Source: Clostridiales bacterium
GTDB lineage: Bacteria; Bacillota; Clostridia; Saccharofermentanales; Saccharofermentanaceae
DNA: 64,000 nucleotides
Direction of reading: 5' to 3'
Assembly: GCA_017513085.1 (NCBI GenBank)
Contig: JAFWDK010000003.1
Coordinates: forward strand, 48,573-112,572
Part shown: positions 10,620 through 20,392 of the stretch, in pieces
Position numbering within the stretch: position 1 is the stretch's first letter
Layout of the letters: each line of letters opens with the position of its first letter
Made by a program: the position numbers and the translations under genes
Notes under the pieces: generated by a model
The model's database searches: none
What the model saw: only the letters and a program-made list of their open reading frames with translations
What the model was told of the DNA's origin: nothing

Positions 10620-12355
10620 TACTCCATCTTCCAGTTCTGTGAAAGCATCTGCTGCTCTGTCATATGACGGTAGAGACTGTCTTTTCCCATCAATTCCGAA
10701 GGGGTTCCTTCTTCTGCGACGACACCGTCCTTCAGCACAACGATATGATCCGCATTAGCGATCGTACGCATACGGTGGGCGATAATCATTACGGTCTTAT
10801 TCCTGATCAGGCGGGAAAGCGCTTCCTGGATCACTGTCTCATTTTCAGCATCGAGAGAGGCTGTCGCTTCATCGAGAAGAATGATCGGTGCATCCTTCAG
10901 AAAAGCTCTTGCGATAGAGATACGCTGACGTTCTCCTCCGGAAAGTTCACTTCCGTTTTCTCCGATCCTTGTGTTGTATCCTTCCGGAAGGAGCGATACG
11001 AACTCTTCACAGTTGGCTAATCTCGCCGCTTCCTTTACTTCATCATCAGTTGCTCCTGCCTTACCGATGCGGATATTCTCCAATACACTGTTATTGAACA
11101 GCGTGACATCCTGGAACACAATGGAATACTTCTGCAAAAGAGTCTCCGGATCAATACCGGAAATATCCGTGCCTCCCAATGTGATCTTACCTTCCGTCGG
11201 ATCCCAGAAACGGGCTGCCAGTCGGGAGATCGTCGTTTTTCCTCCACCTGAAGGACCGATCAATGCAGTCACCTCGCCCTGCTTGGCTGTAAAGCTTACA
11301 TCCTTCAGGACCGTAGTATCATCCGAATACTGAAAACCTACATGATCGAAAGTAATATCATATCCGGTGTTCGACAGGTGATCCGTTCCAGTCTGGATCT
11401 TATGTGAAAGCACTTCATCCAGACGTTCACTCTGGATTCCGATGGAAATGATCGCAGCAAAATTCTGTAGTGTGATCTGCATCGGATCGTAAAGCCGCGA
11501 AACCAGCATAAGGAACATAAAGAAGGTAAGTATCGATATACTTCCATCAGCAAACAGAGCTCCTCCAACCAAAGCCGTCGTTCCGATACCGAGTTTCAGG
11601 ATAATGGCTGCGGAATTGACATATACGGCCATTTTCAGTTCAGTGAAAAGAGCCATTTTTTCCACTTTCCGGATCTTGTTCTCCAGGCCGTCCATATATT
11701 TTCCCTCCGCATTATTCGCGCGCAGGTCACGGATCGATTCCAGGCACTCCTGGATCCCATCTGCCATATCCATTTTGATCGCTGTATTTTTCCGAATAGC
11801 TCTTTTTTCTGCACCGGAGCAACTGAGCACGATCAGAAACGCTATCGGGATCACCCAGAAACTGGCAAGTGCCATACGCCAATCGAAGAAGAAGAAGAGA
11901 CTGATTCCGACCAGACTTGTAGAAATGAGTGCGCCGATCAGTTCAGGGATCCAGTGACTGGAAGCTGTTTCGATCGATGCACAGTCTCCCATGATATTGG
12001 TGGTAAGATCCGCAATATTCTTCTTCCCGAAATACGATAGCGGCAATTTACGGAGCTTCTCGGCAAGAGCCGTTCTTCGTACTCCGCTTTCCCGATATGT
12101 AGATAAGAATGTGGCATTATACTGAAGATAATTCGTAAAAGCAATCAGCGCGAGAATAACAGCGCTGGCTATTAAATAGATCCCCAGACGGTCACGGGAA
12201 AGATTATCTTCCAGAAGATCCTTAATAAGCATATAAAGCACACCCGAAGGCATCATCAGGCAGATATTGGTCAGCGCACAGAAAAAACATGCTTTCACCA
12301 TATCTTTAGCGCCTTGTTCTGAAAGCGCATATTTATGCATAAGTTTCTTTATCAT
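10619..12355 (-). CDS. ABC transporter fused permease/ATPase, IrtB/YbtQ-like
   Basis: LAEKLRKLPLSYF, GPSGGGKT, LDEATASLDAENE. Confidence 0.88.
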   Translation of the reverse strand: MIKKLMHKYALSEQGAKDMVKACFFCALTNICLMMPSGVLYMLIKDLLEDNLSRDRLGIYLIASAVILALIAFTNYLQYNATFLSTYRESGVRRTALAEKLRKLPLSYFGKKNIADLTTNIMGDCASIETASSHWIPELIGALISTSLVGISLFFFFDWRMALASFWVIPIAFLIVLSCSGAEKRAIRKNTAIKMDMADGIQECLESIRDLRANNAEGKYMDGLENKIRKVEKMALFTELKMAVYVNSAAIILKLGIGTTALVGGALFADGSISILTFFMFLMLVSRLYDPMQITLQNFAAIISIGIQSERLDEVLSHKIQTGTDHLSNTGYDITFDHVGFQYSDDTTVLKDVSFTAKQGEVTALIGPSGGGKTTISRLAARFWDPTEGKITLGGTDISGIDPETLLQKYSIVFQDVTLFNNSVLENIRIGKAGATDDEVKEAARLANCEEFVSLLPEGYNTRIGENGSELSGGERQRISIARAFLKDAPIILLDEATASLDAENETVIQEALSRLIRNKTVMIIAHRMRTIANADHIVVLKDGVVAEEGTPSELMGKDSLYRHMTEQQMLSQNWKME

Positions 12356-12357
12356 TA

Positions 12358-14121
12358 TTACGCACCTACCTTCCACTCGATCGACCGGCTGTATTCATCA
12401 ACCATCCGCTTGTAGAGACCGTTCTGATCCATAAGATCTTTATGTGATCCGCTTTCTACGAGTTTTCCATCTGACAAGACAAAGATCCTGTCCGCGTCGG
12501 CCACGGTACTAAGACGATGTGCGATCATGATCACCGTCTTATCCTTTGCCATTTCCGAGAAAGCCGCCTGAACTTTCGTCTCGTTATCCGGATCGGCAAA
12601 TGCCGTCGCCTCATCCAGGATCAGGATCGGCGCATCTTTTAAAACAGCACGGGCGATCGTGATCCGCTGCTGTTCTCCTCCGGACAGATAGGTTCCCTTT
12701 TCACCCAGGACCGTATGGATCCCGTTCGGAAGCTTATTGATAATGTCCATGCACTGTGCTTTTTCCAGAGCCGCCAGAACCTCTTCTTCCGTCGCGGAAG
12801 GTCTTCCCATCCGAACATTTTCCAGGATCGATGTCTTGATCAACCGGCTGTCCTGAAATACGAAGGACACCTGTCCCATCAGTTCCGACGAAGACATATC
12901 CTTGATATCCACTCCACCGATAGATATCTTTCCCTCACTCACATCGAAAAAGCGCACCAGAAGCTCCGCCAAAGTAGTTTTTCCTGATCCTGAAGGTCCG
13001 ACCAGTGCAACATGTTCGCCGGGACGGATCGAAAGAGAAATATCCGATACCGCATCTCTTGTTGCATCTTTATAACGATAGCTGACATGTTCCAGTTCAA
13101 TACTGCTGTCCTTGGCCGAAAGCGAGCTTTTCGATTCCGGGAGAGGTTCAATAGCCAGGACCTGATCTACACGTTTCAGCGCATCGATCAACGTCATTTC
13201 CGCTTCGCCGGAATAAGCAACCTTGGTTAGTGCTACCGTGATCAGCGGTGTTACGATAATGTAGTACATGACATTCAGAATATCGGCATTGGCGATACCG
13301 TCGCCTGTAATAAGAAAAGCCGATACAACGAGTGCCAGAAAAATCGCATTTATACAAGTCATGAATGCGATCATGGGTTTACGGAGCATGAGCGTGTAGT
13401 CTGTCGACCATTTTCCGAAATCATCGATCGATTTTTTAAATCTTGCAAATGAATGCACGGTCTGACCGAAAGTCTTCACTACCGGGATTCCGCGTACGTA
13501 CTCTGTCGCTTCACTGCTCATGACCTCAAGGGCACTCTGATACTCCCCCATTTTTTCCTGCATGTTCTTCCCCATCATAGTCATCATAAAGCAAAACCCG
13601 ATGATTGCAGGGATCACGCAGATCAGACCGATCTTCCAGTTAAATGCAAGTACCAGAACAATAAGACCCACAGGGGTAACTGCCGCGACGGTCTTATCTG
13701 CCAGATTATGGGCGATATATGTTTCAGTTGCCGCGGTCGAATCATTCACGATACGGCGGATCTTGCCGGTTCCGTCTTCATCAAAAACGCCCAAAGGCAG
13801 CGTAATGATCCTTCTCATCAATGCGCTCCTCATATTCGCTTGAACCCGGAACGCAGCAATGTGCGTGCACAACAGCGCCAGAATATAAACCAGAAGCGCT
13901 CCGATGATCAATCCTACCGCCAGCCATGCGTGTCCGGTGATCAGATCCGGGTCCTGTCCCTCTACCGCGATCTTAATGATCTTCCATAACTCATAAAACG
14001 GGATAAGTGTCATAACACCACTAACACCGGCCAGGACCCTTCCTATCAGGATCAGGTTCTTGTGACCGCCTGCATAATTCCGTATGAGCTTCATGTGATC
14101 ATACTTTTCAACTTTTGCCAA
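12358..14121 (-). CDS. ABC transporter fused permease/ATPase, IrtA/YbtP-like
   Basis: TETYIAHNLAD, EYVRGIPVVKTF, LDEATAFADPDNE; TTG start with AGGAG RBS. Confidence 0.88.
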   Translation of the reverse strand: MAKVEKYDHMKLIRNYAGGHKNLILIGRVLAGVSGVMTLIPFYELWKIIKIAVEGQDPDLITGHAWLAVGLIIGALLVYILALLCTHIAAFRVQANMRSALMRRIITLPLGVFDEDGTGKIRRIVNDSTAATETYIAHNLADKTVAAVTPVGLIVLVLAFNWKIGLICVIPAIIGFCFMMTMMGKNMQEKMGEYQSALEVMSSEATEYVRGIPVVKTFGQTVHSFARFKKSIDDFGKWSTDYTLMLRKPMIAFMTCINAIFLALVVSAFLITGDGIANADILNVMYYIIVTPLITVALTKVAYSGEAEMTLIDALKRVDQVLAIEPLPESKSSLSAKDSSIELEHVSYRYKDATRDAVSDISLSIRPGEHVALVGPSGSGKTTLAELLVRFFDVSEGKISIGGVDIKDMSSSELMGQVSFVFQDSRLIKTSILENVRMGRPSATEEEVLAALEKAQCMDIINKLPNGIHTVLGEKGTYLSGGEQQRITIARAVLKDAPILILDEATAFADPDNETKVQAAFSEMAKDKTVIMIAHRLSTVADADRIFVLSDGKLVESGSHKDLMDQNGLYKRMVDEYSRSIEWKVGA

Positions 14122-14143
14122 ATTAAATCACTCCTTTTTTCTA

Positions 14144-14159
14144 GTTAGCTATCGCTAAC
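14144..14159. promoter_or_regulatory. Box GTTAGCTATCGCTAAC upstream of ABC pair
   Basis: Exact match to the recurring palindrome. Confidence 0.85.
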
Positions 14160-14182
14160 CGTCAAACGATAACTTATACAAT

Positions 14183-14203
14183 AAAAAAGAGCCTTGCGGC
14201 TCT
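14183..14203 (-). terminator. Intrinsic terminator after TetR gene
   Basis: AGAGCC-GCAA-GGCTCT stem followed by a T run on the minus strand. Confidence 0.6.
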
Positions 14204-14206
14204 CTT

Positions 14207-14824
14207 CTATTTCACACCCATGATCTTCAGCCATCCCGGCATGAAGAACTCTTCTAATGTATTCAGATAACTTAGGATCTTTTCGTCTTCCTCTTCATGG
14301 AGGATCGACTCAAAGCAAGCCGATAAATACGCAGTGAGCAGCATATGTAATTCTGTTTCACTGATTTCTTTTACCGGATAACCTTTCTCTTTAAAATACT
14401 CCAAAGCACGCATAAATTCCTTCTGATTCTCGATGACGAAATCATGTACGAAATTCTCATATTTCGTTCCCTTCGAACCATTGAGCAAAAGGCGGAATTC
14501 TTCTTTCTTCGGAAGGATCACAGTCTTGATCAGATCCATGATCGTTTCATCAAAAAGCTTCTCTTCACTTTCCTTGCGTGCTGTCATTTCGTATTTGATC
14601 CGGATATGCCGTTTGGTCCAGTTTTCAATTTCTGAAACCAGGGGGGAAACAATTGCCTCAAACATGGATGCCTTGTCGGGATAATGCCGATAAAGTCCGG
14701 CGGAAGTCATGCCCGCACGGGAACCGATGCTACGGATCGATGCAGCTTCAAATCCTTTTTCAAGAAACTCTTCCTTGATCGCCCGGTTCACTTTGATGTG
14801 ACTTGCAGACTTATCTCTTGGCAT
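14207..14824 (-). CDS. TetR/AcrR-family regulator
   Basis: EFLEKGFEAASIRSIGSRAGMTSAGLYRHY HTH. Confidence 0.9.
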   Translation of the reverse strand: MPRDKSASHIKVNRAIKEEFLEKGFEAASIRSIGSRAGMTSAGLYRHYPDKASMFEAIVSPLVSEIENWTKRHIRIKYEMTARKESEEKLFDETIMDLIKTVILPKKEEFRLLLNGSKGTKYENFVHDFVIENQKEFMRALEYFKEKGYPVKEISETELHMLLTAYLSACFESILHEEEDEKILSYLNTLEEFFMPGWLKIMGVK

Positions 14825-14918
14825 GAACAACAGACTTCCTTTCATTGTGATCATCGTTAGCTATCATTGATAACCTACATAATCATGCACCATAAAAGGA
14901 AGTCTGTCAAGTTCATGA

Positions 14919-15665
14919 TCAAGCTTTTTTACCCTGATTTGCCACAGCTTCCATCTTCGCTTTCAAAGCTTCCTGATCACCGAGATAGTAGTGATTCAGA
15001 ACACGGAAATCATCATCAAATTCATATACCAGTGGAACAGCTGTCGGAATATTGACGCCGATGATCTCTTCGGAAGACAGGTTATCAAAATACTTCACAA
15101 GAGCACGGAGCGAGTTACCGTGAGCCGCGATCACCACTCTCTTTCCCGCCTTCATTTCCGGCTTGATCACCTCTTCAAAATACGGGATCACGCGCTCTAT
15201 CGTCGTTTCCAGACTTTCATTCTTCGGAAGAAGCGAAACATCCACATCCCGGAACATAGCCTGCTTTGTCGCAGAACGCTCATCGTCGTCAGAAAGCTCC
15301 GGCGGTTTTACGTCGAAAGAACGTCTCCAGATCTTTACCTGCTCCTCACCGTATTTTTCGGCAGTTTCAGACTTATTCAACCCCTGTAGCGCACCGTAGT
15401 GGCGTTCGTTCAGTTTCCATGACTTCACGACAGGGAGCCAGGCTCTGTCCATCTCATCCAGCGCAATATTCAGCGTATGGATCGCACGCTTCAGATAGGA
15501 AGTGAAACAAATATCAAAGTCATATCCTTCAGCAAGAAGCATCTGTCCTGCCGCCTTTGCCTCCTCTCTTCCCTTTTCGCTCAGATCCACATCTGTCCAC
15601 CCGGTGAACAGGTTGAGCTTATTCCATTCACTTTCTCCATGTCGGATCAATACTAATTTCATCAT
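14919..15665 (-). CDS. gpmA: 2,3-bisphosphoglycerate-dependent phosphoglycerate mutase
   Basis: [30 protein letters not shown]. Confidence 0.96.
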   Translation of the reverse strand: MMKLVLIRHGESEWNKLNLFTGWTDVDLSEKGREEAKAAGQMLLAEGYDFDICFTSYLKRAIHTLNIALDEMDRAWLPVVKSWKLNERHYGALQGLNKSETAEKYGEEQVKIWRRSFDVKPPELSDDDERSATKQAMFRDVDVSLLPKNESLETTIERVIPYFEEVIKPEMKAGKRVVIAAHGNSLRALVKYFDNLSSEEIIGVNIPTAVPLVYEFDDDFRVLNHYYLGDQEALKAKMEAVANQGKKA

Positions 15666-15694
15666 GATTCATCTCTCCTTTATATATGATTCTA

Positions 15695-15949
15695 TTAACC
15701 AAACAATCCGAAAAGTTTTTTCTCATAAGGAGCCGCCTGAACCGACAGGACCGTATATCCTGTCTCGCGGATCGCTTCTTTGAGTTGTTGCATATCTGGT
15801 CTTTCTTCCGCGACAAAAGAACTCTCCCCTTTGCTATGGGAGCTCTTGACCTTCTTGGCTCCCGGGATGGTTTTCCTTATCACTTCATTGATATGCGCCT
15901 CACACATACTGCATGCCATACCTTCAATTTTCATCGTGATCTGATACAT
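15695..15949 (-). CDS. Heavy-metal-associated (HMA, CopZ-like) small protein
   Basis: IEGMACSMC (GMxCxxC) motif, 84 aa. Confidence 0.85.
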   Translation of the reverse strand: MYQITMKIEGMACSMCEAHINEVIRKTIPGAKKVKSSHSKGESSFVAEERPDMQQLKEAIRETGYTVLSVQAAPYEKKLFGLFG

Positions 15950-15959
15950 ATTGACTCCT

Positions 15960-17828
15960 TTACATAAACAAAGCTGCTACATGATAAACAATGCAGGATA
16001 GGAGCAGTGCTGATCCGAAATAGAAGATGGCTACCCGTGCTGTCCACTTTAAGGAATGGGACTCACGATAAGTCGTAGAGAGAGCCATCACGCACGGAAT
16101 ATTGAACGTCACGGCAAACATGAATGCCAGAGCTTCTGCCGAAGAGACCGCATTACTCATGACCGTAGAAAGCGTACCTGCATCCGCTCCACTTGTTTTA
16201 GCATTAAATGTCGCATTGAGGAGTGAATTATCACCTACAAATACAGAGTTCAGGACACCGAGAACTGCTTCTTTTGCAAAGGCCGAGCTTAAGAATGCCA
16301 TAAAAGTACGCCATCCCATACCGAAGAACTTGGTCACCGGCTCGATCGCCGTACCGGCTTTATAAAGGATACTGTCTTCAACTTTTCCGCTTCCACTGTA
16401 TGAAAGTGCCCAGAACAGAAGCGAGATCAAGGTCACCGTCCGAAGCGCACGGAAGAAGATATCGGAAGACTTAAAGAAGGATTCTTTCCAGATATGTTTC
16501 CAGTGAGCTTTGTGATACGGCGGAAGCTCCATGATCATACCGGTACGGCTCTCAATAGGTGCAAGTTTTTTACCGAAGATCTTGGATACAAGAAAGATCA
16601 TCACAAAGATATAAAGAAGGATCCCGATGCAGATCAGCAGCGTTCCCCATGCCGGGAAGAACATACCGGAAATGACCGGCACGATCGCCCAGATCGATGC
16701 ACACGGGATGGCCCATACTGCTGCCATCGCCAGCATCTTCTGTCCCCAGTTATCCATGACACGGGTACCACAGGAACCTCCGATCGTACAGCCGAACCCC
16801 ATAAGAAGCGGAGCGACCGCCTTGCCTTGAAGGCCGATCTTGCTTAATACGCCATCGAACTGATATGCGGCTCTTGCCAAAAAACCAACTTCTTCCAGGA
16901 AGCCGAAAACAAGATTTACACCAAGTACAAAAGCGGCCATAGAAAGAGAGAAATAGACTACATTCGGCAGCATCAGACTGAATATCGATACCAGCCATGG
17001 ATGAACGTTCCATCCCGTCAAAGCATCTGCGATCGGCCCGCTGGTATACTGTGGAATCATGGATCCAATGCTCATAAACGGAATACAAATGATCATCGCC
17101 ACCAAGAAAGCTAGAAGAATAATACCGATAGTAACAACTTTTCCAAGGACCGGACGGATCGCGATACGGTCAAATTTAGATAAGGAATACTTTTCATCTT
17201 TGGTTTTCGTTACGCCATCGAGGATCTCCGAAACCCACTGGAATTTCGTTTCACTTTCTGCCTTCAGCTGATCCGCGCTCATCTTATCCTTTGCTCCATT
17301 TCCCGAAGCCAGATAGGGAGCCGAGGAAAGAGTATGCGGAGCAGAGAGTTCCTTCACGATCAACTCTTTCAGTTTCCCATATTCTTTTCCTTCCGCCGCT
17401 GTGAACGGAAGGACCGGGATACCCAGACGCGAGGAAAGAAGATCAACATCAATAGTTTTGTTCTGCTTTTCCGCCACGTCCATCATGTTCAGGATCAGGA
17501 TCGCAGGTTTCCCCATCGAGGCAAATTCCGATACCATATACATGCTTCTCTCAAGCTGGGAAGCATCGACCAGTATACATACCAGATCAGCTTTCCCGCT
17601 TTTTATAAAATCCTCTGTGATGATCTCTTCATCCGAGTTTCCGGAAAGCGCGTAGCTGCCGGGAAGGTCAACCAGATTATATTTCGTTCCGTTATAAGAA
17701 AAAGAACCATCCTTCTTTTCGACAGTCTTACACGGCCAGTTACCAACATGCTGACGGGCACCGGTCAATTGATTAAATACAGTGGACTTACCGGAGTTCG
17801 GCTGTCCCAGAAGTGCAATCGTGCTCAT
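15960..17828 (-). CDS. feoB: Ferrous iron transporter FeoB
   Basis: GQPNSGKS G1, DLPG G3, NMMD G4, LMGFGC, MELPPY, AKE gate motifs. Confidence 0.93.
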   Translation of the reverse strand: MSTIALLGQPNSGKSTVFNQLTGARQHVGNWPCKTVEKKDGSFSYNGTKYNLVDLPGSYALSGNSDEEIITEDFIKSGKADLVCILVDASQLERSMYMVSEFASMGKPAILILNMMDVAEKQNKTIDVDLLSSRLGIPVLPFTAAEGKEYGKLKELIVKELSAPHTLSSAPYLASGNGAKDKMSADQLKAESETKFQWVSEILDGVTKTKDEKYSLSKFDRIAIRPVLGKVVTIGIILLAFLVAMIICIPFMSIGSMIPQYTSGPIADALTGWNVHPWLVSIFSLMLPNVVYFSLSMAAFVLGVNLVFGFLEEVGFLARAAYQFDGVLSKIGLQGKAVAPLLMGFGCTIGGSCGTRVMDNWGQKMLAMAAVWAIPCASIWAIVPVISGMFFPAWGTLLICIGILLYIFVMIFLVSKIFGKKLAPIESRTGMIMELPPYHKAHWKHIWKESFFKSSDIFFRALRTVTLISLLFWALSYSGSGKVEDSILYKAGTAIEPVTKFFGMGWRTFMAFLSSAFAKEAVLGVLNSVFVGDNSLLNATFNAKTSGADAGTLSTVMSNAVSSAEALAFMFAVTFNIPCVMALSTTYRESHSLKWTARVAIFYFGSALLLSCIVYHVAALFM

Positions 17829-18052
17829 TATACCTTCACCTCCACTTCGATCCTCTCGCAATCCTTACGATTCAAAGCCAGAAGTGTTTCCCGCGCATAA
17901 ATCAGAAGCGGCATCTTCTTATCATTACGAACGACCTGTATACGAGTCCCTTCAGTTAATCCGATCGAAGTTACGCGTGACAGGAAATGCGTATCCGAAC
18001 CCAGCGTCCGTATAGTCGCCATCTGATCCACTCTTACATCACTAAGTCTCAT
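17828..18052 (-). CDS. feoA: Ferrous iron transport protein FeoA
   Basis: 74-aa SH3-like, SIGLTEGTRI...PLLIYARETLLAL; stop overlaps feoB start. Confidence 0.9.
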   Translation of the reverse strand: MRLSDVRVDQMATIRTLGSDTHFLSRVTSIGLTEGTRIQVVRNDKKMPLLIYARETLLALNRKDCERIEVEVKV

Positions 18053-18072
18053 TCATTCATCCCCCTTGCATC

Positions 18073-18088
18073 GTTAGCATATGCTAAC
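18073..18088. promoter_or_regulatory. Box GTTAGCATATGCTAAC upstream of feoA
   Basis: Perfect 16-bp palindrome. Confidence 0.9.
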
Positions 18089-18148
18089 CCGTATATATTG
18101 ATTAGCCATATTGAAAACGAAAGAAATATATTTTTGCGGAATTTCGCA

Positions 18149-18180
18149 GTTAGTATATGCTAACCGTTGTGCAAATGCAA
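18149..18180 (-). promoter_or_regulatory. feoAB promoter (TTGCAT-17-TATACT) overlapped by second box GTTAGTATATGCTAAC (18149-18164)
   Basis: -35 at 18180-18175, -10 at 18157-18152; box has one mismatch. Confidence 0.7.
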
Positions 18181-18203
18181 GGGCATTTTAAAGATTTTCT
18201 TTC

Positions 18204-18836
18204 TCATTTTTCACAGAACGAAGCATTTCGAAGAGTAATATATCTATTGTCTCCTTCCATATAGGTATCAAATACTCCCCTCACCATACACTCTTCGCCA
18301 ATATCCGGATAATCATCCGGGAAAGTTCCTTCTTTTTCCATTTCAAATTCGATTCCCTGGGCACAACACTGTGTTGCATCCTGGATCACGCAGGCATAAT
18401 AACGGATGCCGTTGCTCTCATCGTATGCCGTTGCAAAAGCGCCCTTCATCTTAACTACTGTGCCTACATACTTTTCCGGATCGATGGACATACTATACAC
18501 CGTTGCATATACTGCACCTGAAGAAAGCACAGTAAGATCGATATCTACACCTTCTTCGTTCTTAGCAAAAGACGGAACAGGCTCAGAAGGAAGTGCCGCG
18601 GCTGAAGTATAGGCCGGCAAAGACGTAAAATCCTGCACGATCTGTTCAGTTTCTATTCCCGATCCCGAAGATCGTCCTTCCAATCCTGATTGAAGAATAT
18701 CTCCCACACCCGTCTGCTTGCTGGAAGCATGTCCTCCTGCCACCGCACCTGTTTGCGTATTTCCGCATCCTGGCAAAGAAAGAACGATAAGACATATTAT
18801 AGAAACAATTCTTACTCTTACGATAATCCTGCTCAT
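18204..18836 (-). CDS. Lipoprotein with CxxxDATxCC motif, last gene of Zn-uptake operon
   Basis: Lipobox LPGC; YACVIQDATQCCAQGIEF; overlaps znuB stop. Confidence 0.7.
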   Translation of the reverse strand: MSRIIVRVRIVSIICLIVLSLPGCGNTQTGAVAGGHASSKQTGVGDILQSGLEGRSSGSGIETEQIVQDFTSLPAYTSAAALPSEPVPSFAKNEEGVDIDLTVLSSGAVYATVYSMSIDPEKYVGTVVKMKGAFATAYDESNGIRYYACVIQDATQCCAQGIEFEMEKEGTFPDDYPDIGEECMVRGVFDTYMEGDNRYITLRNASFCEK

Positions 18837-19675
18837 GCCCGCACACCTCCTTTAGTTTTTCCTATCAGAAAGCAAATCAAAAAACCAACCACATCAACTG
18901 TCACGATCGTAGATCCTACCGGTGTCGAATACATAAGCGCAATCACGATTCCGGCAAGTGTACAGATCAGTGACAACAGAGCAGCAAAAACCGTGACTGA
19001 ACGAAAACTCTTGAAGATCCTCATCGACGACAGAGCCGGAAAAATCACCAGTGCAGAAATAAGAAGTGATCCTACGAGATTCATCGCGAGAACGATAATA
19101 ACAGCAATCATGACCGCAATGAGGAAATGATACAGTTCCACTTTCATTCCGATGGCTCGTGAAAACTGTTCATCGAATGTTACACAGAAGATTTTGTTAT
19201 ATAACAAAATGAATCCGATAAAAACAAGAATGGAAAGGACCACACAAAGCCAAACTTCGGTCACCGATAATGTTAAGATCGAGGTCGAACCGAAGAGCGT
19301 AGTACATACATCCCCGGAAAGATTTGACGAAGTGGAAAACAAGTTCATCAGAAGATACCCGAATGCCAACGCTCCCACAGAGATCATCGCAATCAGGGCA
19401 TCCCCCTTCAGCTTCGCATTTTGTCCGGTACGAAGAAGAAGGATCGCGCAGATTATCGTAACCGGAAGGACAAGAAGCATCTCATTCGTAAGTCCGACCA
19501 CTGCCGCAACACTCATCGCGCCAAAAGCCACGTGTGACAGACCATCTCCGATATAGGAATACCGTTTCAAAACCAACGTCACACCCAGAAGCGCGGAGCA
19601 AAAAGCAATCAGAACACTGACGATCAAGGCTCTTTGCACCAAAGGCAACTGTAAATACATCCAGAGTTTATCCAT
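18833..19675 (-). CDS. znuB: Zn/Mn ABC transporter permease
   Basis: IGDGLSHVAFG, LFGS, VGSLLISAL motifs (ABC-3 family). Confidence 0.88.
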   Translation of the reverse strand: MDKLWMYLQLPLVQRALIVSVLIAFCSALLGVTLVLKRYSYIGDGLSHVAFGAMSVAAVVGLTNEMLLVLPVTIICAILLLRTGQNAKLKGDALIAMISVGALAFGYLLMNLFSTSSNLSGDVCTTLFGSTSILTLSVTEVWLCVVLSILVFIGFILLYNKIFCVTFDEQFSRAIGMKVELYHFLIAVMIAVIIVLAMNLVGSLLISALVIFPALSSMRIFKSFRSVTVFAALLSLICTLAGIVIALMYSTPVGSTIVTVDVVGFLICFLIGKTKGGVRA

Positions 19676-20375
19676 CGTAGCCCACCTCCTTTAAAAAATT
19701 GCTTCCGATATCGCTGTTCATATATTCATTTTTCGTGCCGAAGTGCACTGTCGTTCCAATATGCAGAATATGACTCGCATAGCGAAGTGCTGCAGCAATA
19801 TCGTGGGAGATCATGATCACCGTAAGGCCTTGTCCATGTAGTTCCTCAATTAAGTCATACATTTCACATGTCACTTTAGGATCCAATCCTGATACCGGTT
19901 CATCCATCAGCAAAAGTTTTCCTGATGCGCAAAGTGCCCTTGCAAGAAGGACCCGCTGTTGCTGTCCACCGGACAATTCACGGTAACACCTTTTACCAAG
20001 ATCTGTGATGTGCATCCTCTCCATAGCGTGATATGCTTTTTCTTTCTCGTCTTTCAGGTAAAAAGGCCGAAATCCGGCGCGTCCCTGACATCCGGACAGA
20101 ACAACTTCTGTCACGGATGCGGGGAAATCGCGCTGAACCAGAGTCTGCTGCGGAAGATATCCGATTTCATCGGCCTTCAGACCATCACCCATAATAATCT
20201 GTCCGGAAATCGGAGGTTGAAGGTGAAGAACCGTACGTATCAGAGTTGTTTTTCCGGATCCGTTCTCCCCGACAATACACAGATAATCTCCTCTTTGGAC
20301 TTGAAAACTCAAAGGCGGCAGGATAGCTTTTGATTCATATCCCAGCACCAGTTTCTCGATAGTCAGAAACGCCAT
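19668..20375 (-). CDS. znuC: Zn/Mn ABC transporter ATPase
   Basis: GENGSGKT, IGYLPQ, DFPASV, LSGGQQQRVLLARAL. Confidence 0.88.
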   Translation of the reverse strand: MAFLTIEKLVLGYESKAILPPLSFQVQRGDYLCIVGENGSGKTTLIRTVLHLQPPISGQIIMGDGLKADEIGYLPQQTLVQRDFPASVTEVVLSGCQGRAGFRPFYLKDEKEKAYHAMERMHITDLGKRCYRELSGGQQQRVLLARALCASGKLLLMDEPVSGLDPKVTCEMYDLIEELHGQGLTVIMISHDIAAALRYASHILHIGTTVHFGTKNEYMNSDIGSNFLKEVGYDG

Positions 20376-20392
20376 GATCCTCTCCCCCTGCT

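Noticed and set aside
14856-14874. GTTAGCTATCATTGATAAC as another regulon box
   Set aside because: Only one half-site matches; more likely the TetR autoregulatory operator (GCTATC-ATT-GATAAC)
18165-18176. Identical 12-mer CGTTGTGCAAAT beside the boxes at feoA (18165) and xylA (35025)
   Set aside because: Opposite orientation relative to transcription and only two copies; may be chance
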